From Thermodesulfovibrionia bacterium (GTDB lineage: Bacteria > Nitrospirota > Thermodesulfovibrionia > UBA6902): 64,000 bases of DNA. The position numbers were made by a program, and so were the translations under genes. The notes below the pieces were generated by a model. It did no database searches. It was not told the DNA's origin and saw nothing but the letters and a program-made list of their open reading frames with translations. This document shows positions 1 to 9,860 of this stretch, piece by piece (position 1 is the first letter of the stretch; every line of letters begins with the position of its first letter). The stretch is from assembly GCA_020057065.1 (NCBI GenBank), contig JAGVGM010000348.1, positions 345 to 64,344 of the forward strand, in the 5' to 3' direction.

Positions 1-843
1 CCTGTCAGTAACTCTTGCAACCCGGACCATTGCCTTAATATCATGCACCCTGATCATATTGGCCCCGTTGAATATCCCGATGGCAACGGCTGCCGCGGTC
101 CCTTCAAGTCTTTCCGTAACAGGCAGATCGCCGAGTATCCTGCCGATAAATGACTTTCTTGAGGGGCCTATGAGTATAGGCTTTTCAAGGCCTGAAAACT
201 CGTCAAGCTTTTTTATTATCTCAAGATTGTGCTCAAGTGTTTTCCCAAAACCGATCCCAGGGTCTATGACGATTTTATCATCGGCAACTCCTGCATTCCT
301 GGCAATTTCGATCCCCTCTCTCAGATAATCGATCACCTCAGGCATAAGGGATTTGTAAGATGGATTCTTATGCATGTTCTTCGGGGTACCCTTTATATGC
401 ATTATTACAACAGGCACATTATGCCTTGCTGCAACATATGGCATTTGGGGATCAAATCTTAATCCGCTTATGTCATTGATAATTGAAGCTCCTGCTGAAA
501 CAGCTTCCTCGGCAACAGCAGATTTATATGTGTCTATTGATAGGGGGATTTTAACCTTGTTTGCAAGAGCCTCAATGACAGGCACAACCCGGCTGATCTC
601 TTCTTTTACGGAAATCTTCCCAGCGCCCGGTCTCGTGGACTCTCCGCCGATATCAATTATATCCGCTCCTTCATCCTGCATACGGAGGGCCTGCTCAACA
701 GCCCTTTCTTTGTTAAAATATTTGCCGCCGTCAGAAAACGAATCAGGGGTAACATTCAGTATCCCCATTATGTATGTTCGTTGTGAAAAGTCAAAGTTGA
801 AATTTTTCCAGGCGAGTTTCAAAGTTACTCCCAATGTGTTCAT
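1..843 (-). CDS. folP: Dihydropteroate synthase, C-terminus cut by window edge
   Basis: Not in the ORF track because there is no stop inside the window. Minus-strand translation from ATG 843-841 gives MNTLGVTLKLAWKNFNFDFSQRTYIMGILNVTPDSFSDGGKYF...IIDIGGESTRPG...PLSIDTYK...IINDISG...VIDPGIGFGKT...IRVHDI. The frame is open to nt 1. It lies downstream of ftsH, as in many bacteria. Plus-strand ORFs 59-886 are antisense shadows. Confidence 0.9.
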   Translation of the reverse strand, partial: MNTLGVTLKLAWKNFNFDFSQRTYIMGILNVTPDSFSDGGKYFNKERAVEQALRMQDEGADIIDIGGESTRPGAGKISVKEEISRVVPVIEALANKVKIPLSIDTYKSAVAEEAVSAGASIINDISGLRFDPQMPYVAARHNVPVVIMHIKGTPKNMHKNPSYKSLMPEVIDYLREGIEIARNAGVADDKIVIDPGIGFGKTLEHNLEIIKKLDEFSGLEKPILIGPSRKSFIGRILGDLPVTERLEGTAAAVAIGIFNGANMIRVHDIKAMVRVARVTDR

Positions 844-845
844 GT

Positions 846-903
846 GTCATGCTGAACTTGTTTCAGCATATAAAAAAAGACCCTGAAACAAGTTCAGGGT
901 GAC
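846..903. repeat. Split inverted repeat (GTCAT...ATGAC family) between ftsH and folP
   Basis: GTCATGCTGAACTTGTTTCAG-N16-CTGAAACAAGTTCAGGGTGAC. The 15-bp core arms are perfect reverse complements. Confidence 0.8.
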
Positions 904-934
904 AAAAGAATAAAATAATTTCAAATCGCTCAAA

Positions 935-2776
935 CTATGATGATGTTTCCGAAACAACCTTAACTTCTTTCTCCGTCTCTGCTTTTGGCATATCACCATT
1001 GGTACCCTGAATAATAGCCTCTATCTCAACGCCATCGAGAGTTTCTTTGTCACGCAGAGCCTGTGCAAGCTTCAGGAGAGTTGCCTTATTATTAATGAGG
1101 AGATTTTTGGCATATTCATATCTTTCAGAGATAATTGTCTTTACCTCTCCATCTATCTCTTCGGCTGTTTTTTCTGAATAATCCTTGTGCTTCATTATAT
1201 CTTTGCCGAGGAAAATCTGTTCCTCCCGTTTCCCGAACGTAATGGGGCCTAATTTGTCGCTCATTCCCCATTCGCATACCATTTTTCTTGACAGGTCTGT
1301 AGCTCTTTGAAGGTCATTGCCGGCGCCTGTAGTCATGTGCCCGAGGGCAACTTCTTCTGCAGCACGCCCGCCTAAGAGAACTGCCAGCGTATTCAGGATA
1401 TATTCTCTTGAATATGTGTATCTGTCATCTATTGGAAGCTGCTGGGTAATGCCGAGCGCCATCCCGCGCGGGATAATGCTGACCTTGTGCAGAGGATCCG
1501 TTCCGGGTGTCAGCTTGGCAACGAGGGCGTGACCTGCTTCATGGTGAGCCGTATTGTTCTTTTCATCTTCTGAAAGGATCATGCTCTTTCTTTCCTTGCC
1601 CATCATGACCTTGTCTTTCGCATCCTCGAAATCGATCATCTCAACCTTGGTCTTGGACTGCCTGGCCGCATTCAATGCTGCTTCATTTATAAGATTGGCA
1701 AGGTCTGCCCCTGAAAAACCGGGCGTTCCTCTTGCAAGCACCTCAAGCTTTACGTTATCGTCAAGCGGGATCTTCTTTATATGAACGTTGATTATTTCCA
1801 ATCTGCCTTTTACGTCCGGATGCGGAACCACAACCTGCCTGTCAAACCTCCCCGGTCTTAAAAGCGCAGGATCCAAAACATCCGGCCTGTTTGTTGATGC
1901 AAGTACGATAATTCCTTCATTTGGATCAAAGCCGTCAAGTTCAACCAGCAACTGGTTTAATGTTTGTTCACGCTCATCATGCCCGCCTCCAAGTCCTGCC
2001 CCCCTATGGCGTCCCACGGCATCTATTTCATCAATAAATATAATGCACGGGGCGCTCTTTTTTGCCTGTTCAAAAAGGTCCCGCACCCTTGAAGCGCCAA
2101 CGCCTACAAACATCTCCACAAAATCAGAACCGCTTATGGAGAAGAACGGAACCCCTGCTTCTCCCGCGATAGCCCGTGCAAGTAATGTCTTACCGGAACC
2201 GGGAGGGCCTACAAGCATAACGCCTTTTGGTATTTTCCCGCCAAGTTTCTGAAACCTCTGAGGGTCCTTTAAAAAGGCGATAATTTCCTGCACTTCTTCT
2301 TTAGCTTCTTCAATCCCTGCTACATCTGCAAATGTAGTTTTTATGCCTTTTTCAGAGCTGAGTTTGGCCCTGCTTCTGCCGAAAGAAAGCGCCTTGTTCC
2401 CGCCGGTCTGCATCTGCTTCATAAAAAACACCCATAAAATAACAAGAAGTATGACAGGCCCGAAATTGAAGAGGATGTTCATATACCAGGGAGTGTGGTC
2501 CGGCTTTGCAGAAATCTTTATATTCTTCTCTCTTAACTCTTTTATGAGATCAGGATAGTCAGGCGCATAGCTCTTAAACTTTGTCCCGCTTTTCAGTGTG
2601 CCGACAATTAAATTTTCCGGCTTTTTTATAGTTACTTCCGAGACTTCATCCTGCTGCAGTTTTACGATGAAGTCAGAGAATACTATTTCATCGTCAGGTT
2701 TTGACGTCTCAAGAAGATTGAAAACGAGGATCATCATCAAACCGAATAAAACCCATATGACTATACTTTTATACAA
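935..2776 (-). CDS. ftsH: ATP-dependent zinc metalloprotease FtsH
   Basis: 613 aa with an N-terminal TM, Walker A GPPGSGKT, an AAA+ core, and the zinc motif HEAGHAL. Confidence 0.97.
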   Translation of the reverse strand: MYKSIVIWVLFGLMMILVFNLLETSKPDDEIVFSDFIVKLQQDEVSEVTIKKPENLIVGTLKSGTKFKSYAPDYPDLIKELREKNIKISAKPDHTPWYMNILFNFGPVILLVILWVFFMKQMQTGGNKALSFGRSRAKLSSEKGIKTTFADVAGIEEAKEEVQEIIAFLKDPQRFQKLGGKIPKGVMLVGPPGSGKTLLARAIAGEAGVPFFSISGSDFVEMFVGVGASRVRDLFEQAKKSAPCIIFIDEIDAVGRHRGAGLGGGHDEREQTLNQLLVELDGFDPNEGIIVLASTNRPDVLDPALLRPGRFDRQVVVPHPDVKGRLEIINVHIKKIPLDDNVKLEVLARGTPGFSGADLANLINEAALNAARQSKTKVEMIDFEDAKDKVMMGKERKSMILSEDEKNNTAHHEAGHALVAKLTPGTDPLHKVSIIPRGMALGITQQLPIDDRYTYSREYILNTLAVLLGGRAAEEVALGHMTTGAGNDLQRATDLSRKMVCEWGMSDKLGPITFGKREEQIFLGKDIMKHKDYSEKTAEEIDGEVKTIISERYEYAKNLLINNKATLLKLAQALRDKETLDGVEIEAIIQGTNGDMPKAETEKEVKVVSETSS

Positions 2777-2860
2777 ATCGAGTCCCTCCTGATTTTCATA
2801 TCACTAAGATTAACATATTTCTTTTTGTATTTCCAATAACTTGACTTATCAGAACAACAT

Positions 2861-3724
2861 CTATCTGCTTAATACGATCAGTACAAAGCCGATGAACATT
2901 AATATGCCGCCGAAAGTCCTTTCAGCAATCTTTTCCTCTTTAAAAAGCAAATGTCCATAGAGAATGCTGAAAAGCAGGCTCATCCGTTTTACCGAGATCA
3001 TATAGGCGACCTTTGCAAGGCTCATTGCAAGCATATGAAAGATTATCATCAGTGAATATGTAACACCGATGACCGCAAGCGGGAGTATATCTTTTCTGGT
3101 GATTATGATTTTGCCTTTGTTTTTATTTAATGCGATAGGTGTAAATAAAATTGTCATAAGAATAAAATAAAAACTTCCGAAAAAGACCGGCGATGAATTA
3201 GTTATCGCCATTTTTCCAAGTGAAGATGTAATGCTGTATATCAAAGCAACAGCGATCATCATGACAGAGCCTTTCTCGCTGAAGACTGCTTTCAGGGGCT
3301 CAAAAAGAGAATGTCTCATTTTATGTATGTTCAATGTATAACTGCCTGATGCAATGAGAATAATGCCGATACCGCCGCTGACAGAGACTTTTTCGCCGAG
3401 GATGAGGTAAGACGCCAGAATTAAAAAAAGCGGTGTTAATGCGAGAAAGGGCATCGTAAGGCTGATAGGAGAACTTTTTAAGGCCTTTGTATATAGAATC
3501 ATGGCAACTATTTCAAACGGCAAGGCGATCAAGGTTGCAAGCCAGAAATCTTTGTTCAAGTGAGGTATCTCGATGAAAAACAAACTTACAAGAAAGACGG
3601 GAAGGGCAAATAACAGCCTCGCCCATGCCACAAAATACTCATCTCCCGATGCAAGTATACGCTTGGTTAAGGCATCACTTGTGGCAAGAAGTATTGCTGT
3701 CAAGAGAGCGTATATAATCCACAA
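2861..3724 (-). CDS. DMT/EamA-family membrane transporter
   Basis: 287 aa and about 10 hydrophobic helices in two similar halves, typical of the EamA duplication. Substrate unknown. Confidence 0.7.
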   Translation of the reverse strand: MWIIYALLTAILLATSDALTKRILASGDEYFVAWARLLFALPVFLVSLFFIEIPHLNKDFWLATLIALPFEIVAMILYTKALKSSPISLTMPFLALTPLFLILASYLILGEKVSVSGGIGIILIASGSYTLNIHKMRHSLFEPLKAVFSEKGSVMMIAVALIYSITSSLGKMAITNSSPVFFGSFYFILMTILFTPIALNKNKGKIIITRKDILPLAVIGVTYSLMIIFHMLAMSLAKVAYMISVKRMSLLFSILYGHLLFKEEKIAERTFGGILMFIGFVLIVLSR

Positions 3725-3739
3725 AAGAGACTCCTATCT

Positions 3740-5110
3740 TTATTTTTCCAACTTGTACTCTTTGATCTTGGTCAACAGCGTCTTATAGCTTACCTTGAGT
3801 ATCTCCGCTGCCCTGGTCTTGTTGCCATGGGTATCTTCAAGGGCCTTTTTGATTCTCCGGGATTCAGCTATCCTGAGGGCCTCTTTCGCAACTTCATCAA
3901 GAGTGCCATCCATTGAAATATCTAATATGGTTTCAGAGGAAGCGGCAGGCAGGGTCAATCTGAGGTCTTTTTGAGTTATTGTGTTTCCTTCACATAGTAT
4001 CATGGTCCTTTCAATAACATTCTCGAGCTCCCTTACATTGCCTTTCCATGAATAGTTTTTCAGTATATCCATTGCATCTCCGGTTATATCCTTAAGCGAT
4101 TTATTCATTTCAGCAGCATACCTTGATATAAAATATTCAGCCAGCACCGGGATGTCGTCTTTTCTATCTCTCAAAGGCGGGATGATTATCGGAAATACGC
4201 TCAATCTGTAAAAGAGGTCCTGTCTGAATGTATTGTCAGCGACTGCAGCTTCAAGATCCCTGTTGCTCGCAGCTATGATCCTGATGTCCACCCTTACAGG
4301 ATTAGTTCCGCCTACCCTGTCTATCTCTCCCTCCTGTAAAGCCCTTAAAACCTTTGTCTGCAAGACCATATCCATTTCGCCGATCTCATCAAGGAATAAC
4401 GTACCCCTGTTTGCAAGCTCAAATTTGCCGAGTTTTTTTTCTCCTGCCCCGGTGAAGGCCCCCTTTTCATAACCGAAAAGTTCAGATTCAAGAAGCCCTC
4501 TCGGTATTGCCGCGCAGTTTATGGGGACGAACGGATATTCTTTTCTCGGGCTTAGATCATGAACGGCCCTGGCAAAGAGCTCTTTGCCGGTTCCGGACTC
4601 TCCTAAAAGTAAAACCGTTGTCTTTGCCTGAGAGACCTTCCGTATATCCTCTGCAACTTTTATCATCAAGGGGCTTTTCCCGACAATATCAGGTATCCCG
4701 AGGTGATGGGACAGGGCATCTTTCAGGAGCAGGTTCTCGGTAACAAGCCGCCTGTTACTTAGCGCTCTCTTTATAAGCAAAAGCAGATAATCGGTATCAA
4801 GCGGTTTTGTAATGAAATCATATGCACCGGTTTTTATGGCATTTACAGCGGTTTCAATAGATCCGAATGCGGTCATTACTATCACGGGGATCATGGGGTT
4901 CTCATCTTTAGATGCCTTTAGAACTTCAATCCCGTCTTTCCTGGGTAATTTCAGGTCGGTCAGAACAATATCAGCCTTATTCTCCCTGATGATCCTGATC
5001 CCCTCTGCACCATCACGGGCAATAATAATTTCATACCCCTCCAGCTCAAGGGTCTCCTTGAGCATCTGAGCCATAGACTCTTTGTCTTCTACTACGAGTA
5101 TTGTTTCCAT
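3740..5110 (-). CDS. Sigma-54-dependent response regulator (NtrC/AtoC family)
   Basis: Receiver domain (VLTDLKLP), AAA+ sigma-54 interaction domain (GESGTGKE, ESELFGYEKGAFTGA) and a C-terminal Fis-type HTH. No cognate kinase is adjacent. Confidence 0.92.
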   Translation of the reverse strand: METILVVEDKESMAQMLKETLELEGYEIIIARDGAEGIRIIRENKADIVLTDLKLPRKDGIEVLKASKDENPMIPVIVMTAFGSIETAVNAIKTGAYDFITKPLDTDYLLLLIKRALSNRRLVTENLLLKDALSHHLGIPDIVGKSPLMIKVAEDIRKVSQAKTTVLLLGESGTGKELFARAVHDLSPRKEYPFVPINCAAIPRGLLESELFGYEKGAFTGAGEKKLGKFELANRGTLFLDEIGEMDMVLQTKVLRALQEGEIDRVGGTNPVRVDIRIIAASNRDLEAAVADNTFRQDLFYRLSVFPIIIPPLRDRKDDIPVLAEYFISRYAAEMNKSLKDITGDAMDILKNYSWKGNVRELENVIERTMILCEGNTITQKDLRLTLPAASSETILDISMDGTLDEVAKEALRIAESRRIKKALEDTHGNKTRAAEILKVSYKTLLTKIKEYKLEK

Positions 5111-5122
5111 GTTATGTTTATT

Positions 5123-5207
5123 AAAAAATCTCCCCTAACCCCTCTTTTCCAAAGAGGGGGATCAAATAAGTCCCCCTTTGAAAAAGGGGGATGTAGGGGG
5201 ATTTTTT
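5123..5207. repeat. Composite G/C-homopolymer hairpin element (modules A+B)
   Basis: CCCTCTTT-CCAA-AGAGGG and TCCCCCTTTGAAAAAGGGGGA hairpins flanked by AAAAAATCTCCCC / GGGGGATTTTTT. The same two modules recur at 35337-35419. Confidence 0.8.
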
Positions 5208-5220
5208 AATATTTTTTGTT

Positions 5221-6657
5221 TCAACTTATTCCTGACAGCTTCTTCTTAAGCAGCTCATTCACCATCTTCGGATTCGCTTTGCCTTTTGTCGCCTTCATTA
5301 CCTGTCCAGCAAAGAATCCGAGGAGTTTCTCTTCCCCTGCCTTGAAACGCTCAACCTCTTTCAGATTTTTCACAAAGATATCATCCACCACTTTTTCAAT
5401 CTCGGATTCATCGCTTACCTGAACAAGCCCTTTTTCCTTTACGATAACATCGGCGTCCTTACCGGTTTTATACATTTCCTCAAAAACGGTCTTTGCGATC
5501 TTGCCGCTGATAGTGCCTTTCTCTATTAGGACAAGCATTTCCACAAGCTGTGCCGATTTGAGCGGGCATTCATCAAACGGTCTATTTTCTTCATTTAGAA
5601 GCCTCATAAGCTCGCCCATCATCCAGTTACTTACGCCCTTGGGGTCTCCGCCAAGCTTTACAGCCTGTTCAAACCACTCTGCTATTGCCCTCTCAGATGT
5701 AAGCAGGTCAGCATCCTGTTCGGGCAGACCGTATTGAGTAATAAATCTCTGCCGTCTTGCATCAGGCATTTCAACGAGTTGTGTCCTTATCTGTTCAATC
5801 CACACATTATTTACTTCAACAGGAACGAGATCAGGGTCGGGGAAATATCTGTAATCGTGTGCTTCTTCCTTTGAACGCATGGATTCCGTAATACCTCTGT
5901 TTGAATCCCACAGACGTGTCTCCTGTACAATCCTTCCTCCCTCATTCAAAATCTTTATCTGCCGCTTTATTTCATAGTCAAGCGCCTTCTCAATAAATTT
6001 AAAAGAATTCATGTTTTTTATTTCTGTCCTTGTCCCAAACTCTTTCTGCCCTGCCGGTCTTACTGATACATTCGCATCACAGCGCAGAGATCCCTGCTCC
6101 ATGTTGCCGTCACAAACCCCGATATAGCGGACAATCGCCCTCAGCTTCTTCACAAACTCCGCGGCCTCCTGCGGACTGCGGATGTCAGGTTCGGAAACAA
6201 TTTCCATCAGAGGCGTGCCAGCCCTGTTTAAATCAACAAAACTGTAATTGCCGGCGCCTTCATGAATATTCTTACCGGCGTCCTCCTCAAGATGGATCCT
6301 TGTGAGCCCTATTTTCCTTGTCTCACCATTGACAGTGATCTCAACAAAACCGTTTTCGCATATTGGAAGCTCGTACTGGCTTATCTGATAACCCTTCGGA
6401 AGGTCGGGGTAGAAATAATTCTTCCTCGCAAATCTGCTGTAAGGAGCGATCTTGCAGTTCACTGCAAGCCCTGTTTTTATAACGTACTCAATAGCCTTTT
6501 TGTTCATCACAGGTAGAACACCCGGCATTCCGATGCATACCGGACACGTCTGCGTATTCGGTTCCGAGCCGAATTTTACGGAACACCCGCAGAACATCTT
6601 CGACTCTGTCAGCAACTGCGCGTGTATCTCAAGACCTATGACCGCTTCGTATTGCAT
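5221..6657 (-). CDS. gatB: Asp/Glu-tRNA(Asn/Gln) amidotransferase subunit B
   Basis: 478 aa. N-terminus [15 protein letters not shown] and a C-terminal YqeY-like tail. It lies directly downstream of gatA. Confidence 0.95.
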   Translation of the reverse strand: MQYEAVIGLEIHAQLLTESKMFCGCSVKFGSEPNTQTCPVCIGMPGVLPVMNKKAIEYVIKTGLAVNCKIAPYSRFARKNYFYPDLPKGYQISQYELPICENGFVEITVNGETRKIGLTRIHLEEDAGKNIHEGAGNYSFVDLNRAGTPLMEIVSEPDIRSPQEAAEFVKKLRAIVRYIGVCDGNMEQGSLRCDANVSVRPAGQKEFGTRTEIKNMNSFKFIEKALDYEIKRQIKILNEGGRIVQETRLWDSNRGITESMRSKEEAHDYRYFPDPDLVPVEVNNVWIEQIRTQLVEMPDARRQRFITQYGLPEQDADLLTSERAIAEWFEQAVKLGGDPKGVSNWMMGELMRLLNEENRPFDECPLKSAQLVEMLVLIEKGTISGKIAKTVFEEMYKTGKDADVIVKEKGLVQVSDESEIEKVVDDIFVKNLKEVERFKAGEEKLLGFFAGQVMKATKGKANPKMVNELLKKKLSGIS

Positions 6658-6667
6658 CTAACTCCTT

Positions 6668-8122
6668 TTACAGCTTCGGTTTCCTCTTGTGCCAATCGGT
6701 TGACTGCTCATAAGCATATGCGATTTTCAATATTGTTTCTTCATCAAAATGTTTTCCTATTATCTGTAATCCCACAGGAAGATTATTTAAAGTAAAACCA
6801 CAGGGGATTGAAATGCCGGGCACCCCTGCGAGATTGACTGAAATAGTGAAAATATCAGCGAGGTACATCTGAAGAGGGTCCTCTGTCTTCTCGCCTGCCT
6901 TAAATGCAGGCGAAGGAGTTGTAGGAGTGACTATCGCATCCACTTTCTTAAAGGCCCTGTCAAAATCCTGTTTAATCAGTGTCCTTACCTGCTGAGCTTT
7001 TTTGTAATAAGCGTCATAATACCCGGAAGACAGGGTGTAAGTCCCCAGGATTATCCTTCTTTTAACTTCTGCTCCAAAGCCTTTTTCCCTGGTCTTCATA
7101 TACATATCAACGAGGTCTTGCCCTTCCACTCTCAATCCGTACTTGACTCCGTCATATCGTGCAAGATTGGATGACGCCTCAGAAGTTGCGAGTATGTAAT
7201 AAGCTGCTACCGCATAGCGTGTGTGCGGGAGAGATATTTCAACAGGGATCGCACCAAGTGATTCGAGCTTGCTGATAGCATTTTTTACCGCCTCTTCTAC
7301 CTCCCTGTCCATTCCTTCCATGAAGTATTCTTTTGGAACTCCCAATTTCAACCCTTTGATATCCTGTCCGATAACAGATGTAAAATCGGGCACATAAATA
7401 CCGGCTGACGTTGAATCATTTGGATCATGACCGCTGATAACATTCAGCAGAATTGCTGCATCTTTTACGTTCTTTGTGATCGGCCCTATTTGATCAAGTG
7501 ATGAGGCAAATGCGACGAGGCCGTAACGCGATACCCTTCCATATGTCGGCTTCAACCCTACTACCCCGCAGAATGCCGCAGGCTGCCTTATTGAGCCTCC
7601 GGTGTCAGAACCAAGCGCTGCAATGCACATATCAGCAGAAACTGCAGCAGCAGATCCCCCGCTTGAGCCGCCTGGTATTCTTGTTATATCCCAGGGATTC
7701 CGTGTATGTCCAAAAGCAGAGTTCTCTGTTGATGAACCCATAGCAAATTCATCAAGATTAGTTTTCCCGACAAGTATACTTCCCTGTCCCTTAAGTTTTT
7801 TTATAACAGTGCTGTCATAAGGCGGGATGAAATTTTCGAGTATCTTTGACGAGCAGGTGGTCCTGATACCTTCCGTACAGATATTATCTTTTATTGCGAC
7901 AGGTATACCAAAAAGCGCGGCCTTACTTTCCTCTTTCATCCTGTTTCCAGGATCTTTTGCCTGATTTAATGCCTGGTCTCTGGTAAGAGTAACGTACGCT
8001 TTTACTTTATCCTCAACAGCTTCTATTCTTTTAAATATCGCTTCCGTGAGTTCCAGAGGGCTGACCTCGCCTTTGTCTATAACAGCTCTCGCTTCCTCAA
8101 GATTGAGAGTGTAAAGATCCAA
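6668..8122 (-). CDS. gatA: Glu-tRNA(Gln) amidotransferase subunit A
   Basis: 484 aa with the amidase signature [11 protein letters not shown]. Adjacent to gatB. Confidence 0.95.
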   Translation of the reverse strand: MDLYTLNLEEARAVIDKGEVSPLELTEAIFKRIEAVEDKVKAYVTLTRDQALNQAKDPGNRMKEESKAALFGIPVAIKDNICTEGIRTTCSSKILENFIPPYDSTVIKKLKGQGSILVGKTNLDEFAMGSSTENSAFGHTRNPWDITRIPGGSSGGSAAAVSADMCIAALGSDTGGSIRQPAAFCGVVGLKPTYGRVSRYGLVAFASSLDQIGPITKNVKDAAILLNVISGHDPNDSTSAGIYVPDFTSVIGQDIKGLKLGVPKEYFMEGMDREVEEAVKNAISKLESLGAIPVEISLPHTRYAVAAYYILATSEASSNLARYDGVKYGLRVEGQDLVDMYMKTREKGFGAEVKRRIILGTYTLSSGYYDAYYKKAQQVRTLIKQDFDRAFKKVDAIVTPTTPSPAFKAGEKTEDPLQMYLADIFTISVNLAGVPGISIPCGFTLNNLPVGLQIIGKHFDEETILKIAYAYEQSTDWHKRKPKL

Positions 8123-8570
8123 TGCCCCTCCCTAACCCCTCTATCATTACCTTTGCCTTCTGCAATATCTGCTGTTCGCTCCTGTAAGATAATGTTTCAA
8201 TTGCCTCATCTATCGTAAACCATCTTGCCTCATCCACTTCATGGTCGTGGTCTCCTGTATCCCTTTTAATATATTTCAGGAGAAAAAAATAGACCATCTT
8301 ATGTACTTTAATCCTTTCTTCATCAATACAGTACCAATAAGAGATTTGACCTATCTTCTCAATTATTTCCCCATAAAGACCTGTTTCCTCTCTTACCTCC
8401 CTTAAAGCCGTCGCTTCAGGGGCTTCGTTCTTATCTATCAAACCCTTTGGAAGACACCATGCCTTTTTTCCTCTCACCGCAATAAGCGCAACCTCAATAC
8501 GGTCCTCCGATTTACGGCATATTACACCGCCTGATGAGATCTGTTGTTTTATTATCGGAGGCTTCGTCAT
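8097..8570 (-). CDS. NUDIX hydrolase
   Basis: 157 aa with Nudix box [23 protein letters not shown]. Its 3' end overlaps the gatA start by 26 nt. Confidence 0.8.
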   Translation of the reverse strand: MTKPPIIKQQISSGGVICRKSEDRIEVALIAVRGKKAWCLPKGLIDKNEAPEATALREVREETGLYGEIIEKIGQISYWYCIDEERIKVHKMVYFFLLKYIKRDTGDHDHEVDEARWFTIDEAIETLSYRSEQQILQKAKVMIEGLGRGIGSLHSQS

Positions 8571-8703
8571 TCAATTAACAATTATGAATTAGTAATGAGT
8601 AATTAAGGAATTATTATTTCTGAATTTGTTAGTAACTAATGAATAACTATGGAAATTAACTTCCTGAATTATTCATTCTTCATTACTCATTGTTCATTAT
8701 TTT
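8571..8703. repeat. A+T-rich dyad spacer built from TAATGAG-like units
   Basis: The left half carries AATTAGTAATGAGTAATT and the right half carries CATTACTCATTGTTCATTA (opposite orientation). The 18-nt core 8587-8604 is identical to 58640-58657. AATTAACAATT is shared with 16053-16064. Confidence 0.75.
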
Positions 8704-9810
8704 TTATTGTGACAGGCTCTTTTGAATCCATGGCACAACTATCCTCATTGTATCATTGTAAAATACCAGGGCTATTAAAGATAACAGTAATGCCATACCT
8801 ACTTTATTTGCGATAACTAATACCCTTTCACTCAAGGGCTTTCCTCTCAATGCTTCAATGGCAAAAAACATTATATGCCCTCCATCGAGAACAGGGACGG
8901 GCAGCAGATTCAGTATTGCAAGATTGATGCTGATTATGGCAATAAAATTAAAATAGGCAAACGCCCCGATCGCAGCCGCTTTGGCTGCAGCGTCAACTAT
9001 TAATATCGGCCCGCCTACCTGCTTTGCCGATACCGAACCTGTAAACAGCTTGACCACAACCTCAACTGTCAGAACACTCCATCTATAAACCGCCTCTACC
9101 GCTTTAAAAGGCGCACTGAAGATGCTGGTACTCTGAATTATCTTCGCACCCATCTTCTTTGAAATACCTATTCTTCCGACAACTATCTCCTTATCGTTTT
9201 CGTCTTTGGTTTTTACTGCCTCCGGGACGACCTGTATATTAATTAATTCATTTCCTCTTTTTATCTTTAATGCTACTTCCTTCCCCGGATTCTTTGAAAA
9301 TATCTCTGCCATCTCGCTCCAGTCCATCACGGATACACCGTCGATAGCAACGATTGTGTCATCTTTCTTCAGCCCGGCCTTCATTGCCGGAGCATCATCC
9401 ACAATATTCTCTATCGTGGTTGTCATACTATCAAGTTCCGGAATTGCAACAGGCAGTTTGAAACACAGAAAGGCAAGAAAAATTACATATGCAAGCACAA
9501 GATTAAAGACAGGTCCTGCAACGACAATAGCCGCCCTTTTCCAGACAGGCTGACATTGAAAAGACCTCGGTTTGTCTTCTTCGCTGATTTCTTCTCCCGG
9601 TTCCTCGCCGAGCGGTTTTACATAACCTCCAAGAGGAATTGCAGATATCAGGTATTCAGTCTCTCCGATCTTTTTCCCAATCAACTTTGGGCCAAAACCG
9701 AGAGAAAATTTCAGCACCTTAACGCCAACAAGCTTTGCAACTATAAAATGTCCAAGCTCATGAAAGAAAATCAGTAATCCAAAAAAAACTACCGCCCAGA
9801 ATATTGACAT
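8704..9810 (-). CDS. rseP: RIP zinc metalloprotease RseP (site-2 protease, M50)
   Basis: 368 aa with HELGHF, a central PDZ-like segment and NLLPVPVLDGGH. Part of the conserved uppS-cdsA-dxr-rseP cluster. Confidence 0.93.
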   Translation of the reverse strand: MSIFWAVVFFGLLIFFHELGHFIVAKLVGVKVLKFSLGFGPKLIGKKIGETEYLISAIPLGGYVKPLGEEPGEEISEEDKPRSFQCQPVWKRAAIVVAGPVFNLVLAYVIFLAFLCFKLPVAIPELDSMTTTIENIVDDAPAMKAGLKKDDTIVAIDGVSVMDWSEMAEIFSKNPGKEVALKIKRGNELINIQVVPEAVKTKDENDKEIVVGRIGISKKMGAKIIQSTSIFSAPFKAVEAVYRWSVLTVEVVVKLFTGSVSAKQVGGPILIVDAAAKAAAIGAFAYFNFIAIISINLAILNLLPVPVLDGGHIMFFAIEALRGKPLSERVLVIANKVGMALLLSLIALVFYNDTMRIVVPWIQKSLSQ

Positions 9811-9860
9811 AATTTAAATTCCTTTATTGATATTTTAATTTGCGAAGCACCGCCTCGCCC

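Noticed and set aside
59-886. Three plus-strand track ORFs (89, 77 and 170 aa) at the left edge
   Set aside because: They lie antisense to an uninterrupted minus-strand reading frame with clear dihydropteroate synthase motifs. Their products are low-complexity with no recognisable motifs.
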